Assembly: GCA_964016885.1 (NCBI GenBank)
Contig: OZ024744.1
Coordinates: 24,118,001-24,182,000 of the forward strand
Length of the DNA stretch: 64,000 nucleotides
Reading direction: 5' to 3'
From: Eledone cirrhosa
Taxonomy: Eukaryota
How positions within the stretch are numbered: position 1 is the stretch's first letter; every line of letters begins with the position of its first letter. The notes under the pieces were generated by a model that had not been told where the DNA came from, did not search any database, and saw only the letters and a list, made by a program, of their open reading frames with translations. Below, piece by piece: positions 26,701 to 40,800 of the stretch. Both the position numbers and the translations under genes were made by a program.

Positions 26701-29700
26701 AATCTTAAGAACTGACTCGTTTTATAAACAGTTCAACCTTAAGAACTGACTCGTTTTAACAACTGTTGAATCTTCAAATAAAACTCGTTTTAACAACAGT
26801 TGAATATTAAGAACTGACTCGTTTTAACAGCAGTTGAATCTTAATCTAAAACTCGTTTTAATAACAGTTGAAGCTTAAGATAAAACTCGTTTTAACAACA
26901 GTTGAATCTTAAGAACTGACTCGTTTTATCAACAGTTCAACCTTAAGAACTGACTCCTTTTAACAAAAGTTGAATCTTCAAATAAAACTCGTTTTAACAA
27001 CAGTTGAATGTTAAGAACTGATTCGTTTTAACAACAGCTGAATCTTAAGATAAACTCGTTTTAACAACAGTTGAATCTTAAGATAAACCTCGTTTTAACA
27101 ACAGTTTAAGCTTAAGAACTGACTCGTTTTAACAACAGTTGAATCTTAAGAACTGACTCGTTTTAACAACAGTTGAAGTTTAAGATAAAACTCGTTTTAA
27201 CAACAGTTGAATCTTAAGAACTGACTCATTTTAACAACAGTTGAATCTTAATATAAAACTCGTTTTAACAACAGCTGAATCTTAAGATTAAACTCGTTTT
27301 AACAACAGTTGAATCTTAAGACAAAACCCGTTTTAACAACAGTTGAATCTTAAGAACTGTCTCGTTTTAACGACAGTTGAATCTTAAGAACTGACTCGTT
27401 TTAACAACAGCTGAATCTTAAGATTAAACTCGTTTTAACAACAGTTGAATCTTAAGACAAAACCCGTTTTAACAACAGTTGAATCTTAAGAACTGTCTCG
27501 TTTTAACGACAGTTGAATCTTAAGAACTGACTCGTTTTAACAGCAGTTGAATCTTAATATAAAACTCGTTTTAACAACAGTTGAATATTAAGATAAAACT
27601 CGTTTTAACAACAGTTGAATCTTAAGAACTAACTCGTTTTAACAACAGTTGAATCTTAAGAACTAACTCGTTTTAACAACAGTTGAATCTTAAGATAAAA
27701 CTCGTTTTAACAACAGTTGAATCTTAAGAACTGACTCGTTTTAACAACAGCTGAATCTTAAGATAAAACTCGTATTAACAACAGTTGAATCTTAAGAACT
27801 GACACGTTTTATCAACAGTTCAACCTTAAGAACTGACTCGTTTTAACAACAGTTGAATCTTCAAATAAAACTCGTTTTAACAACAGTTGAATCTAAAGAA
27901 CTGACTCGTTTTAACAACAGTTGAATCTTAAGATAAAACTCGTTTTAACAACAGTTGAATCTTAAGAACTGACTCATTTTAACAACAGTTGAATCTTAAG
28001 ATACAACTCGTTTTAACAACAGCTGAATCTTAAGATTAATCTCGTTTTAACAACAGTTGAATCTTAAGACAAAACCCGTTTTAACAACAGTTGAATCTTA
28101 AGAACTGTCTCGATTTAACGACAGTTGAATCTTAAGAACTGGCTCGTTTTAACAACAGCTGAATCTTAAGATTAAACTCGTTTTAACAACAGTTGAATCT
28201 TAAGACAAAACCCGTTTTAACAACAGTTGAATCTTAAGAACTGTCTCGTTTTAACAACAGTTGAATCTTAAGATAAACCTCGTTCTAACAACAGTTTAAT
28301 CTTAAAAACTGACTCGTTTTAACAACAGTTGAATCTTAAGATAAAATTCGTTTTAACAACAGTTGAATCTTAAGAACTGATTCGTTTTAACAACAGTTCA
28401 AACTTAAGAACTGACTCGTTTTAACAACAGTTGAATCTTATGATAAAACTCATTTTAACAACAGTTGAATCTTAAGAACTGATTCGTTTTAACAACAGAT
28501 GAATCTTAAGATAAACCTTGTTTTAACAACAGTTGAATCTTAAGAACTGTCTCGATTTAACGACAGTTGAATCTTAAGAACTGACTCGTTTTAACAACAG
28601 TTGAATCTTACGATAAAACTCGTTTTAACATCAGTTGAATCTTAAGAACTGACTAATTTTAACAACAGCTGAATCTTAAGATAAAACTCGTTTTAACAAC
28701 AGTTGAATCTTAAGAACTGACTCGTTTTAACAACAGTTGAATCTTATGATAAAACTCATTTTAACAACAGTTGAATGTTAAGATAAAACTCGTTTTAACA
28801 ACAGTTGAATCTTAAGAACTGACTCTTTTTAACAACAGTTGAATGTTAAGATAAAACTCGTTTTAACAACAGTTGAATCTTAAGAACTGACTCGTTTTAA
28901 CAACAGTTGAATCTTAAGAACTGACTCGTTTTAACAACAGTTGAATCTTATGATAAAACCCATTTTAACAACAGTTGAATCTTAAGATTAAACTCGTTTT
29001 AACAACAGTTGAATCTTAAGAACTAACTCGTTTTAACAACAGTTGAATCTTAAGATAAAACTCGTTTTAACAACAGTTGAATCTTAAGAACTGACTCGTT
29101 TTAACAACAGCTGAATCTTAAGATAAAACTCGTATTAACAACAGTTGAATCTTAAGAACTGACACGTTTTATCAACAGTTCAACCTTAAGAACTGACTCG
29201 TTTTAACAACAGTTAAATCTTCAAATAAAACTCGTTTTAACAACAGTTGAATCTAAAGAACTGACTCGTTTTAACAACAGTTGAATCTTAAGATAAAACT
29301 CGTTTTAACAACAGTTGAATCTTAAGAACTGACTCATTTTAACAACAGTTGAATCTTAAGATACAACTCGTTTTAACAATAGCTGAATCTTAAGATTAAT
29401 CTCGTTTTAACAACAGTTGAATCTTAAGACAAAACCCGTTTTAACAACAGCTGAATCTTAAGATAAAACTCGTATTAACAACAGTTGAATCTTAAGAACT
29501 GACTCGTTTTAACAACAGTTCAAACTTAAGAACTGACTCGTGTTAACAACAGCTGAATCTTAAGATGAAACTCGTTTTAACAACAGTTGAATCTTAAGAA
29601 CTGATTCGTTTTAACAACAGCTGAATCTTAAGATAAACTCGTTTTAACAACAGTTGAATCTTAAGATAAAACTTGTTTTAACAACAGTTGTATCTTAAGA

Positions 29701-30717
29701 ACTGATTCGTTTTAACAAAAGATGAATCTTAAGATAATCCTCGTTTTAACAACAGTTGCATCTTGAGAACTGGCTCGTTTAAACAACAGTTGAATCTTAA
29801 GATAAATCTCGTTTTAACAACAGCTGAATCTTAAGATTAAACTCGTTTTAACAACAGTTGAATCTTAAGACAAAACCCGTTTTAACAACAGTTGAATCTT
29901 AAGAACTGTCTCGTTTTAACGACAGTTGAATCTTAAGAACTGACTCGTTTTAACAACAGCTGAATCTTAAGATTAAACTCGTTTTAACAACAGTTGAATC
30001 TTAAGACAAAACCCGTTTTAACAACAGTTGAATCTTAAGAACTGTCTCGTTTTAACAACAGTTGAATCTTAAGATAAACCTCGTTTTAACAACAGTTTAA
30101 TCTTAAGAACTGACTCGTTTTAACAACAGTTGAATCTTAAGATAAAATTCGTTTTAACAACAGTTGAATCTTAAGAACTGACTCGTTTTATAAACAGTTC
30201 AACCTTAAGAACTGACTCGTTTTAACAACTGTTGAATCTTCAAATAAAACTCGTTTTAACAACAGTTGAATATTAAGAACTGACTCGTTTTAACAGCAGT
30301 TGAATCTTAATCTAAAACTCGTTTTAATAACAGTTGAAGCTTAAGATAAAACTCGTTTTAACAACAGTTGAATCTTAAGAACTGACTCGTTTTATCAACA
30401 GTTCAACCTTAAGAACTGACTCCTTTTAACAAAAGTTGAATCTTCAAATAAAACTCGTTTTAACAACAGTTGAATGTTAAGAACTGATTCGTTTTAACAA
30501 CAGCTGAATCTTAAGATAAACTCGTTTTAACAACAGTTGAATCTTAAGATAAACCTCGTTTTAACAACAGTTTAAGCTTAAGAACTGACTCGTTTTAACA
30601 ACAGTTGAATCTTAAGAACTGACTCGTTTTAACAACAGTTGAAGTTTAAGATAAAACTCGTTTTAACAACAGTTGAATCTTAAGAACTGACTCATTTTAA
30701 CAACAGTTGAATCTTAA
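23714..30717. repeat. Tandem block duplication, 2 x 3466 bp (102 monomers less 2 bp)
   Basis: Markers at offset 3466: CTTAATATA 23781/27247, GTTCTAAC (C at 24819/28285), TTTAAGCTT (G at 27110/30576). Confidence 0.93.
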
Positions 30718-33679
30718 GATACAACTCGTTTTAACAACAGCTGAATCTTAAGATTAATCTCGTTTTAACAACAGTTGAATCTTAAGACAAAACCCGTTTT
30801 AACAACAGTTGAATCTTAAGAACTGTCTCGATTTAACGACAGTTGAATCTTAAGAACTGGCTCGTTTTAACAACAGCTGAATCTTAAGATTAAACTCGTT
30901 TTAACAACAGTTGAATCTTAAGACAAAACCCGTTTTAACAACAGTTGAATCTTAAGAACTGTCTCGTTTTAACAACAGTTGAATCTTAAGATAAAATTCG
31001 TTTTAACAACAGTTGAATCTTAAGAACTGATTCGTTTTAACAACAGTTCAAACTTAAGAACTGACTCGTTTTAACAACAGTTGAATCTTATGATAAAACT
31101 CATTTTAACAACAGTTGAATCTTAAGAACTGATTCGTTTTAACAACAGATGAATCTTAAGATAAACCTTGTTTTAACAACAGTTGAATCTTAAGAACTGT
31201 CTCGATTTAACGACAGTTGAATCTTAAGAACTGACTCGTTTTAACAACAGTTGAATCTTACGATAAAACTCGTTTTAACATCAGTTGAATCTTAAGAACT
31301 GACTAATTTTAACAACAGCTGAATCTTAAGATAAAACTCGTTTTAACAACAGTTGAATCTTAAGAACTGACTCGTTTTAACAACAGTTGAATCTTATGAT
31401 AAAACTCATTTTAACAACAGTTGAATGTTAAGATAAAACTCGTTTTAACAACAGTTGAATCTTAAGAACTGACTCTTTTTAACAACAGTTGAATGTTAAG
31501 ATAAAACTCGTTTTAACAACAGTTGAATCTTAAGAACTGACTCGTTTTAACAACAGTTGAATCTTAAGAACTGACTCGTTTTAACAACAGTTGAATCTTA
31601 TGATAAAACCCATTTTAACAACAGTTGAATCTTAAGATTAAACTCGTTTTAACAACAGTTGAATCTTAAGAACTAACTCGTTTTAACAACAGTTGAATCT
31701 TAAGATAAAACTCGTTTTAACAACAGTTGAATCTTAAGAACTGACTCGTTTTAACAACAGCTGAATCTTAAGATAAAACTCGTATTAACAACAGTTGAAT
31801 CTTAAGAACTGACACGTTTTATCAACAGTTCAACCTTAAGAACTGACTCGTTTTAACAACAGTTGAATCTTCAAATAAAACTCGTTTTAACAACAGTTGA
31901 ATCTAAAGAACTGACTCGTTTTAACAACAGTTGAATCTTAAGATAAAACTCGTTTTAACAACAGTTGAATCTTAAGAACTGACTCATTTTAACAACAGTT
32001 GAATCTTAAGATACAACTCGTTTTAACAATAGCTGAATCTTAAGATTAATCTCGTTTTAACAACAGTTGAATCTTAAGACAAAACCCGTTTTAACAACAG
32101 CTGAATCTTAAGATAAAACTCGTATTAACAAAAGTTGAATCTTAAGAACTGACTCGTTTTAACAACAGTTCAAACTTAAGAACTGACTCGTGTTAACAAC
32201 AGCTGAATCTTAAGATAAAACTTGTTTTAACAACAGTTGTATCTTAAGAACTGATTCGTTTTAACAACAGATGAATCTTAAGATAATCCTCGTTTTAACA
32301 ACAGTTGCATCTTGAGAACTGGCTCGTTTAAACAACAGTTGAATCTTAAGATAAAACTCGTTTTAACAACAGTTGAATCTTAAGAACTGACTCGTTTTAA
32401 CAACAGTTGAATCTTAAGATAAAACTCGTTTTAACAACAGTTGAATCTTAAGAACTGACTCATTTTAACAACAGTTGAATCTTAAGATAAATCTCGTTTT
32501 AACAACAGCTGAATCTTAAGATTAAACTCGTTTTAACAACAGTTGAATCTTAAGACAAAACCCGTTTTAACAACAGTTGAATCTTAAGAACTGTCTCGTT
32601 TTAACGACAGTTGAATCTTAAGAACTGACTCGTTTTAACAACAGTTTAATCTTAAGAACTGACTCGTTTTAACAACAGTTGAATCTTAAGATAAAATTCG
32701 TTTTAACAACAGTTGAATCTTAAGAACTGACTCGTTTTATAAACAGTTCAACCTTAAGAACTGACTCGTTTTAACAACTGTTGAATCTTCAAATAAAACT
32801 CGTTTTAACAACAGTTGAATATTAAGAACTGACTCGTTTTAACAGCAGTTGAATCTTAATCTAAAACTCGTTTTAATAACAGTTGAAGCTTAAGATAAAA
32901 CTCGTTTTAACAACAGTTGAATCTTAAGAACTTACTCGTGTTAACAACAGGTGAATTTTAAGATAAAACTCGTTTTAACAACAGTTGAATCTTAAGAATT
33001 GACTCGTTTTATCAACAGTTCAACCTTAAGAACTGACTCCTTTTAACAAAAGTTGAATCTTCAAATAAAACTCGTTTTAACAACAGTTGAATGTTAAGAA
33101 CTGATTCGTTTTAACAACAGCTGAATCTTAAGATAAACTCGTTTTAACAACAGTTGAATCTTAAGATAAACCTCGTTTTAACAACAGTTTAATCTTAAGT
33201 ACTGACTCGTTTTAACAGCAGTTGAATCTTAAGATAAAACTCGTTTTAACAACAGTTTAATTTTAAGATAAAACTCGTTTTAACAACAGTTGAATCTTAA
33301 GAACTGACTCGTTTTAATAACAGTTGAATCTTAAGATAAAACTCGTTTTAACAACAGTTGAATCTTAAGAACTGACTCGTTTTAACAACAGTTGAAGTTT
33401 AAGATAAAACTCGTTTTAACAACAGTTGAATCTTAAGAACTGACTCGTTTTATCAACAGTTCAGCCTTAAGAACTGACTCATTTTAACAAAAGTTGAATC
33501 TTCAAATAAAACTCGTTTTAACAACAGTTGAATGTTAAGAACTGATTCGTTTTAACAACAGCTGAATCTTAAGATAAACTCGTTTTAACAACAGTTGAAT
33601 CTTAAGATAAACCTCGTTTTAACAACAGTTTAATCTTAAGAACTGACTCGTTTTAACAACAGTTGAATCTTAAGATAAA

Positions 33680-34880
33680 ATTCGTTTTAACAACAGTTGC
33701 ATCTTAAGAACTGACTCGTTTTAACAACAGTTGAATCTTAAGATAAAACTCGTTTTAACAACAGTTGAATCTTAAGAACTGTCTCGTTTTAACAACAGTT
33801 GAATCTTAAGAACTGACTCGTTTTAACAACAGTTGAATCTTATGATAAAACTCATTTTAACAACAGTTGAATCTTAAGAACTAACTCGTTTTAACAACAG
33901 TTGAATCTTAAGAACTGACTCGTTTTAACAACAGTTGAATCTTAAGAACTGACTCGTTTTAACAACAGTTGAATCTTCAAATAAAACTCGTTTTAACAAC
34001 AGTTGAATATTAAGAACAGACTCGTTTTAACAGTAGTTGAATCTTAATATAAAACTCGTTTTAACAACAGTTGAATCTTTAGATAAACCTCGTTTTAACA
34101 ACAGTTTAATCTTAAGAACTGACTCGTTTTAACAACAGTTGAACCTTATATAACATTCGTTTTAACAACAGTTGAATCTTAAGAACTGATTCGTTTTAAC
34201 AACAGTTCAAACTTAAGAACTGACTCGTTTTAACAACAGCTGAATCTTAAGATGAAACTCGTTTTAACAACAGTTGCATCTTAAGAACTGACTCGTTTTA
34301 ACAACAGTTGAATCTTAAGATAAAACTCGTTTTAACAACAGTTGAATCTTAAGAACTGTCTCGTTTTAACAACAGTTGAATCTTAAGAACTGACTCGTTT
34401 TAACAACAGTTGAATCTTATGATAAAACTCATTTTAACAACAGTTGAATCTTAAGAACTAACTCGTTTTAACAACAGTTGAATCTTAAGAACTGACTCGT
34501 TTTAACAACAGTTGAATCTTAAGAACTGACTCGTTTTATAAACAGTTCAACCTTAAGAACTGACTCGTTTTAACAACAGTTGAATCTTCAAATAAAACTC
34601 GTTTTAACAACAGTTGAATATTAAGAACTGACTCGTTTTAACAGTAGTTGAATCTTAATATAAAACTCGTTTTAACAACAGTTGAATCTTTAGATAAACC
34701 TCGTTTTAACAACAGTTTAATCTTAAGAACTGACTCGTTTTAACAACAGTTGAACCTTATATAACATTCGTTTTAACAACAGTTGAATCTTAAGAACTGA
34801 TTCGTTTTAACAACAGTTCAAACTTAAGAACTGACTCGTTTTAACAACAGCTGAATCTTAAGATGAAACTCGTTTTAACA
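33680..34880. repeat. Short block duplication, period 577-611 bp (17-18 monomers); boundaries approximate
   Basis: GTTGCATC (C at 33700/34277) is offset by 577 and CCTTATATAACATTC (34144/34755) by 611. The first copy lacks the TTTTATAAAC monomer. The pair is largely recopied at ~42.3-43.4 kb by the 8527-bp duplication. Confidence 0.8.
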
Positions 34881-37800
34881 ACAGTTGAATCTTAAGAACT
34901 GACTCGTTTTAACAACAGATGAATCTTAAGATAAACCTCGTTTTAACAACAGTTGAATCTTAAGAACTGATTCGTTTTAACAACAGCTGAATCTTAAGAT
35001 AAACTCATTTTAACAACAGCTGAATCTTAAGATAAAACTCGTTTTAACAACAGTTGAATCTTAAGAACTGATTCGTTTTAACAACAGATGAATCTTAAGA
35101 TAAAACTCGTTTTAACAACAGTTGCATCTTAAGAACTGGCTCGTTTAAACAACAGTTGAATCTTAAGGTAAAACTCGTTTTAACAACAGTTGAATCTTAA
35201 GAACTGACTCGTTTTAACAACAGTTAAATCTTAAGATAAAACTCGTTTTAACAACAGTTGAATCTTAAGAACTGACTCGTTTTATCAACAGTTCAACCTT
35301 AAGAACTGACTGGTTTTAACAACAGTTGAATCTACAAATAAAACTCGTTTTAACAACAGTTGAATCTAAAGAACTGACTCGTTTTAACAACAGTTGAATC
35401 TTAAAATAAAACTCGTTTTAACAACAGTTGAATCTTAAGAACTGACTCATTTTAACAACAGTTGAATCTTAAGATAAAACTCGTTTTAACAACAGCTGAA
35501 TCTTAAGATTAAACTCGTTTTAACAACAGTTGAATCTTAAGACAAAACCCGTTTTAACAACAGTTGAATCTTAAGAACTGTCTCGTTTTAACGACAGTTG
35601 AATCTTAAGAACTGACTCATTTTAACAACAGTTGAATCTTCAAATAAAACTCGTTTTAACAACAGTTGGATCTTAAGAACTGATTCGTTTTAACAACAGC
35701 TGAATCTTAAGATAAACTCGTTTTAACAACAGTTGAATCTTAAGATAAAACTCGTTTTAACTACAGTTGAATCTTAAGAACTGACTCGTTTTAACAACAG
35801 CTGAATCTTAAGATAAAACTCGTTTTAACAACAGTTGAATCTTAAGAACTGATTCGTTTTAACAACAGATGAATCTTAAGATAAACCTCGTTTTATCAAC
35901 AGTTGCATCTTAAGAACTGGCTCGTTGAAACAACAGTTGAATTTTAAGATAAAACTCGTTTTAACAACAGTTGAATCTTAAGAACTGACTCGTTTTATCA
36001 ACAGTTCAACCTTAAGAACTGACTCATTTTAACAACAGTTGAATCTTCAAATAAAACTCGTATTAACAACAGTTGAATCTTAAGAACTGACTCGTTTTAT
36101 CAACAGTTCAACCTTAAGAACTGACTCGTTTTAACAACAGTTGAATCTTCAAATAAAACTCGTTTTAACAACAGTTGAATCTAAAGAACTGACTCGTTTT
36201 AACAACAGTTGAATCTTAAGATAAAACTAGTTTTAACAACAGTTGAATCTTAAGAACTGACTCATTTTAACAACAGTTGAATCTTAATATAAAACTCGTT
36301 TTAACAACAGCTGAATCTTAAGATTAAACTCGTTTTAACAACAGTTGAATCTTAAGACAAAACCCGTTTTAACAACAGTTGAATCTTAAGAACTGTCTCG
36401 TTTTAACGACAGTTGAATCTTAAGAACTGACTCGTTTTAACAACAGCTGAATCTTAAGAACTGTCTCGTTTTAACGACAGTTGAATCTTAAGAACTGACT
36501 CGTTTTAACAGCAGTTGAATCTTAATATAAAACTCGTTTTAACAACAGTTGAATCTTAAGATAAAACTCGTTTTAACAACAGTTGAATCTTAAGAACTAA
36601 CTCGTTTTAACAACAGTTGAATCTTAAGAACTAACTCGTTTTAACAACAGTTGAATCTTAAGATAAAACTCGTTTTAACAACAGTTGAATCTTAAGAACT
36701 GACTCGTTTTAACAACAGCTGAATCTTAAGATAAAACTCGTATTAACAACAGTTGAATCTTAAGAACTGACACGTTTTATCAACAGTTCAACCTTAAGAA
36801 CTGACTCGTTTTAACAACAGTTGAATCTTCAAATAAAACTCGTTTTAACAACAGTTGAATCTTAAGAACTGACTCATTTTAACAACAGTTGAATCTTAAG
36901 ATACAACTCGTTTTAACAACAGCTGAATCTTAAGATTAATCTCGTTTTAACAACAGTTGAATCTTAAGACAAAACCCGTTTTAACAACAGTTGAATCTTA
37001 AGAACTGTCTCGATTTAACGACAGTTGAATCTTAAGAACTGGCTCGTTTTAACAACAGCTGAATCTTAAGATTAAACTCGTTTTAACAACAGTTGAATCT
37101 TAAAAACTGACTCGTTTTAACAACAGTTGAATCTTAAGATAAAATTCGTTTTAACAACAGTTGAATCTTAAGAACTGTCTCGTTTTAACAACAGTTGAAT
37201 CTTAAGATAAACCTCGTTTTAACAACAGTTTAATCTTAAAAACTGACTCGTTTTAACAACAGTTGAATCTTAAGATAAAATTCGTTTTAACAACAGTTGA
37301 ATCTTAAGAACTGATTCGTTTTAACAACAGTTCAAACTTAAGAACTGACTCGTTTTAACAACAGTTGAATCTTATGATAAAACTCATTTTAACAACAGTT
37401 GAATCTTAAGAACTGATTCGTTTTAACAACAGATGAATCTTAAGATAAACCTTGTTTTAACAACAGTTGAATCTTAAGAACTGTCTCGATTTAACGACAG
37501 TTGAATCTTAAGAACTGACTCGTTTTAACAACAGTTGAATCTTACGATAAAACTCGTTTTAACATCAGTTGAATCTTAAGAACTGACTAATTTTAACAAC
37601 AGCTGAATCTTAAGATAAAACTCGTTTTAACAACAGTTGAATCTTAAGAACTGACTCGTTTTAACAACAGTTGAATCTTATGATAAAACTCATTTTAACA
37701 ACAGTTGAATGTTAAGATAAAACTCGTTTTAACAACAGTTGAATCTTAAGAACTGACTCTTTTTAACAACAGTTGAATGTTAAGATAAAACTCGTTTTAA

Positions 37801-40800
37801 CAACAGTTGAATCTTAAGAACTGACTCGTTTTAACAACAGTTGAATCTTAAGAACTGACTCGTTTTAACAACAGTTGAATCTTATGATAAAACCCATTTT
37901 AACAACAGTTGAATCTTAAGATTAAACTCGTTTTAACAACAGTTGAATCTTAAGAACTAACTCGTTTTAACGACAGTTGAATCTTAAGATAAAACTCGTT
38001 TTAACAACAGTTGAATCTTAAGAACTGACTCGTTTTAACAACAGCTGAATCTTAAGATAAAACTCGTATTAACAACAGTTGAATCTTAAGAACTGACACG
38101 TTTTATCAACAGTTCAACCTTAAGAACTGACTCGTTTTAACAACAGTTAAATCTTCAAATAAAACCCGTTTTAACAACAGTTGAATCTAAAGAACTGACT
38201 CGTTTTAACAACAGTTGAATCTTAAGATAAAACTCGTTTTAACAACAGTTGAATCTTAAGAACTGACTCATTTTAACAACAGTTGAATCTTAAGATACAA
38301 CTCGTTTTAACAATAGCTGAATCTTAAGATTAATCTCGTTTTAACAACAGTTGAATCTTAAGACAAAACCCGTTTTAACAACAGCTGAATCTTAAGATAA
38401 AACTCGTATTAACAACAGTTGAATCTTAAGAACTGACTCGTTTTAACAACAGTTCAAACTTAAGAACTGACTCGTGTTAACAACAGCTGAATCTTAAGAT
38501 GAAACTCGTTTTAACAACAGTTGAATCTTAAGAACTGATTCGTTTTAACAACAGCTGAATCTTAAGATAAACTCGTTTTAACAACAGTTGAATCTTAAGA
38601 TAAAACTTGTTTTAACAACAGTTGTATCTTAAGAACTGATTCGTTTTAACAACAGATGAATCTTAAGATAATCCTCGTTTTAACAACAGTTGCATCTTGA
38701 GAACTGGCTCGTTTAAACAACAGTTGAATCTAAAGATAAAACTCGTTTTAACAACAGTTGAATCTTAAGAACTGACTCGTTTTAACAACATTTGAATCTT
38801 AAGATAAAACTCGTTTTAACAACAGTTGAATCTTAAGAACTGACTCATTTTAACAACAGTTGAATCTTAAGATAAATCTCGTTTTAACAACAGCTGAATC
38901 TTAAGATTAAACTCGTTTTAACAACAGTTGAATCTTAAGACAAAACCCGTTTTAACAACAGTTGAATCTTAAGAACTGTCTCGTTTTAACGACAGTTGAA
39001 TCTTAAGAACTGACTCGTTTTAACAACAGCTGAATCTTAAGATTAAACTCGTTTTAACAACAGTTGAATCTTAAGACAAAACCCGTTTTAACAACAGTTG
39101 AATCTTAAGAACTGTCTCGTTTTAACAACAGTTGAATCTTAAGATAAACCTCGTTTTAACAAAAGTTTAATCTTAAGAACTGACTCGTTTTAACAACAGT
39201 TGAATCTTAAGATAAAATTCGTTTTAACAACAGTTGAATCTTAAGAACTGACTCGTTTTATAAACAGTTCAACCTTAAGAACTGACTCGTTTTAACAACT
39301 GTTGAATCTTCAAATAAAACTCGTTTTAACAACAGTTGAATATTAAGAACTGACTCGTTTTAACAACAGGTGAATTTTAAGATAAAACTCGTTTTAACAA
39401 CAGTTGAATCTTAAGAACTGACTCGTTTTATCAACAGTTCAACCTTAAGAACTGACTCCTTTTAACAAAAGTTGAATCTTCAAATAAAACTCGTTTTAAC
39501 AACAGTTGAATGTTAAGAACTGATTCGTTTTAACAACAGCTGAATCTTAAGATAAACTCGTTTTAACAACAGTTGAATCTTAAGATAAACCTCGTTTTAA
39601 CAACAGTTTAATCTTAAGAACTGACTCGTTTTAACAACAGTTGAATCTTAAGAACTGACTCGTTTTAACAACAGTTGAAGTTTAAGATAAAACTCGTTTT
39701 AACAACAGTTGGATCTTAAGAACTGACTCATTTTAACAACAGTTGAATCTTAAGATACAACTCGTTTTAACAACAGCTGAATCTTAAGATTAATCTCGTT
39801 TTAACAACAGTTGAATCTTAAGACAAAACCCGTTTTAACAACAGTTGAATCTTAAGAACTGTCTCGATTTAACGACAGTTGAATCTTAAGAACTGGCTCG
39901 TTTTAACAACAGCTGAATCTTAAGATTAAACTCGTTTTAACAACAGTTGAATCTTAAGACAAAACCCGTTTTAACAACAGTTGAATCTTAAGAACTGTCT
40001 CGTTTTAACAACAGTTGAATCTTAAGATAAACCTCGTTTTAACAACAGTTTAATCTTAAAAACTGACTCGTTTTAACAACAGTTGAATCTTAAGATAAAA
40101 TTCGTTTTAACAACAATTGAATCTTAAGAACTGATTCGTTTTAACAACAGTTCAAACTTAAGAACTGACTCGTTTTAACAACAGTTGAATCTTATGATAA
40201 AACTCATTTTAACAACAGTTGAATCTTAAGAACTGATTCGTTTTAACAACAGATGAATCTTAAGATAAACCTTGTTTTAACAACAGTTGAATCTTAAGAA
40301 CTGTCTCGATTTAACGACAGTTGAATCTTAAGAACTGACTCGTTTTAACAACAGTTGAATCTTACGATAAAACTCGTTTTAACATCAGTTGAATCTTAAG
40401 AACTGACTAATTTTAACAACAGCTGAATCTTAAGATAAAACTCGTTTTAACAACAGTTGAATCTTAAGAACTGACTCGTTTTAACAACAGTTGAATCTTA
40501 TGATAAAACTCATTTTAACAACAGTTGAATGTTAAGATAAAACTCGTTTTAACAACAGTTGAATCTTAAGAACTGACTCTTTTTAACAACAGTTGAATGT
40601 TAAGATAAAACTCGTTTTAACAACAGTTGAATCTTAAGAACTGACTCGTTTTAACAACAGTTGAATCTTAAGAACTGACTCGTTTTAACAACAGTTGAAT
40701 CTTATGATAAAACCCATTTTAACAACAGTTGAATCTTAAGATTAAACTCGTTTTAACAACAGTTGAATCTTAAGAACTGACTCGTTTTAACAACAGCTGA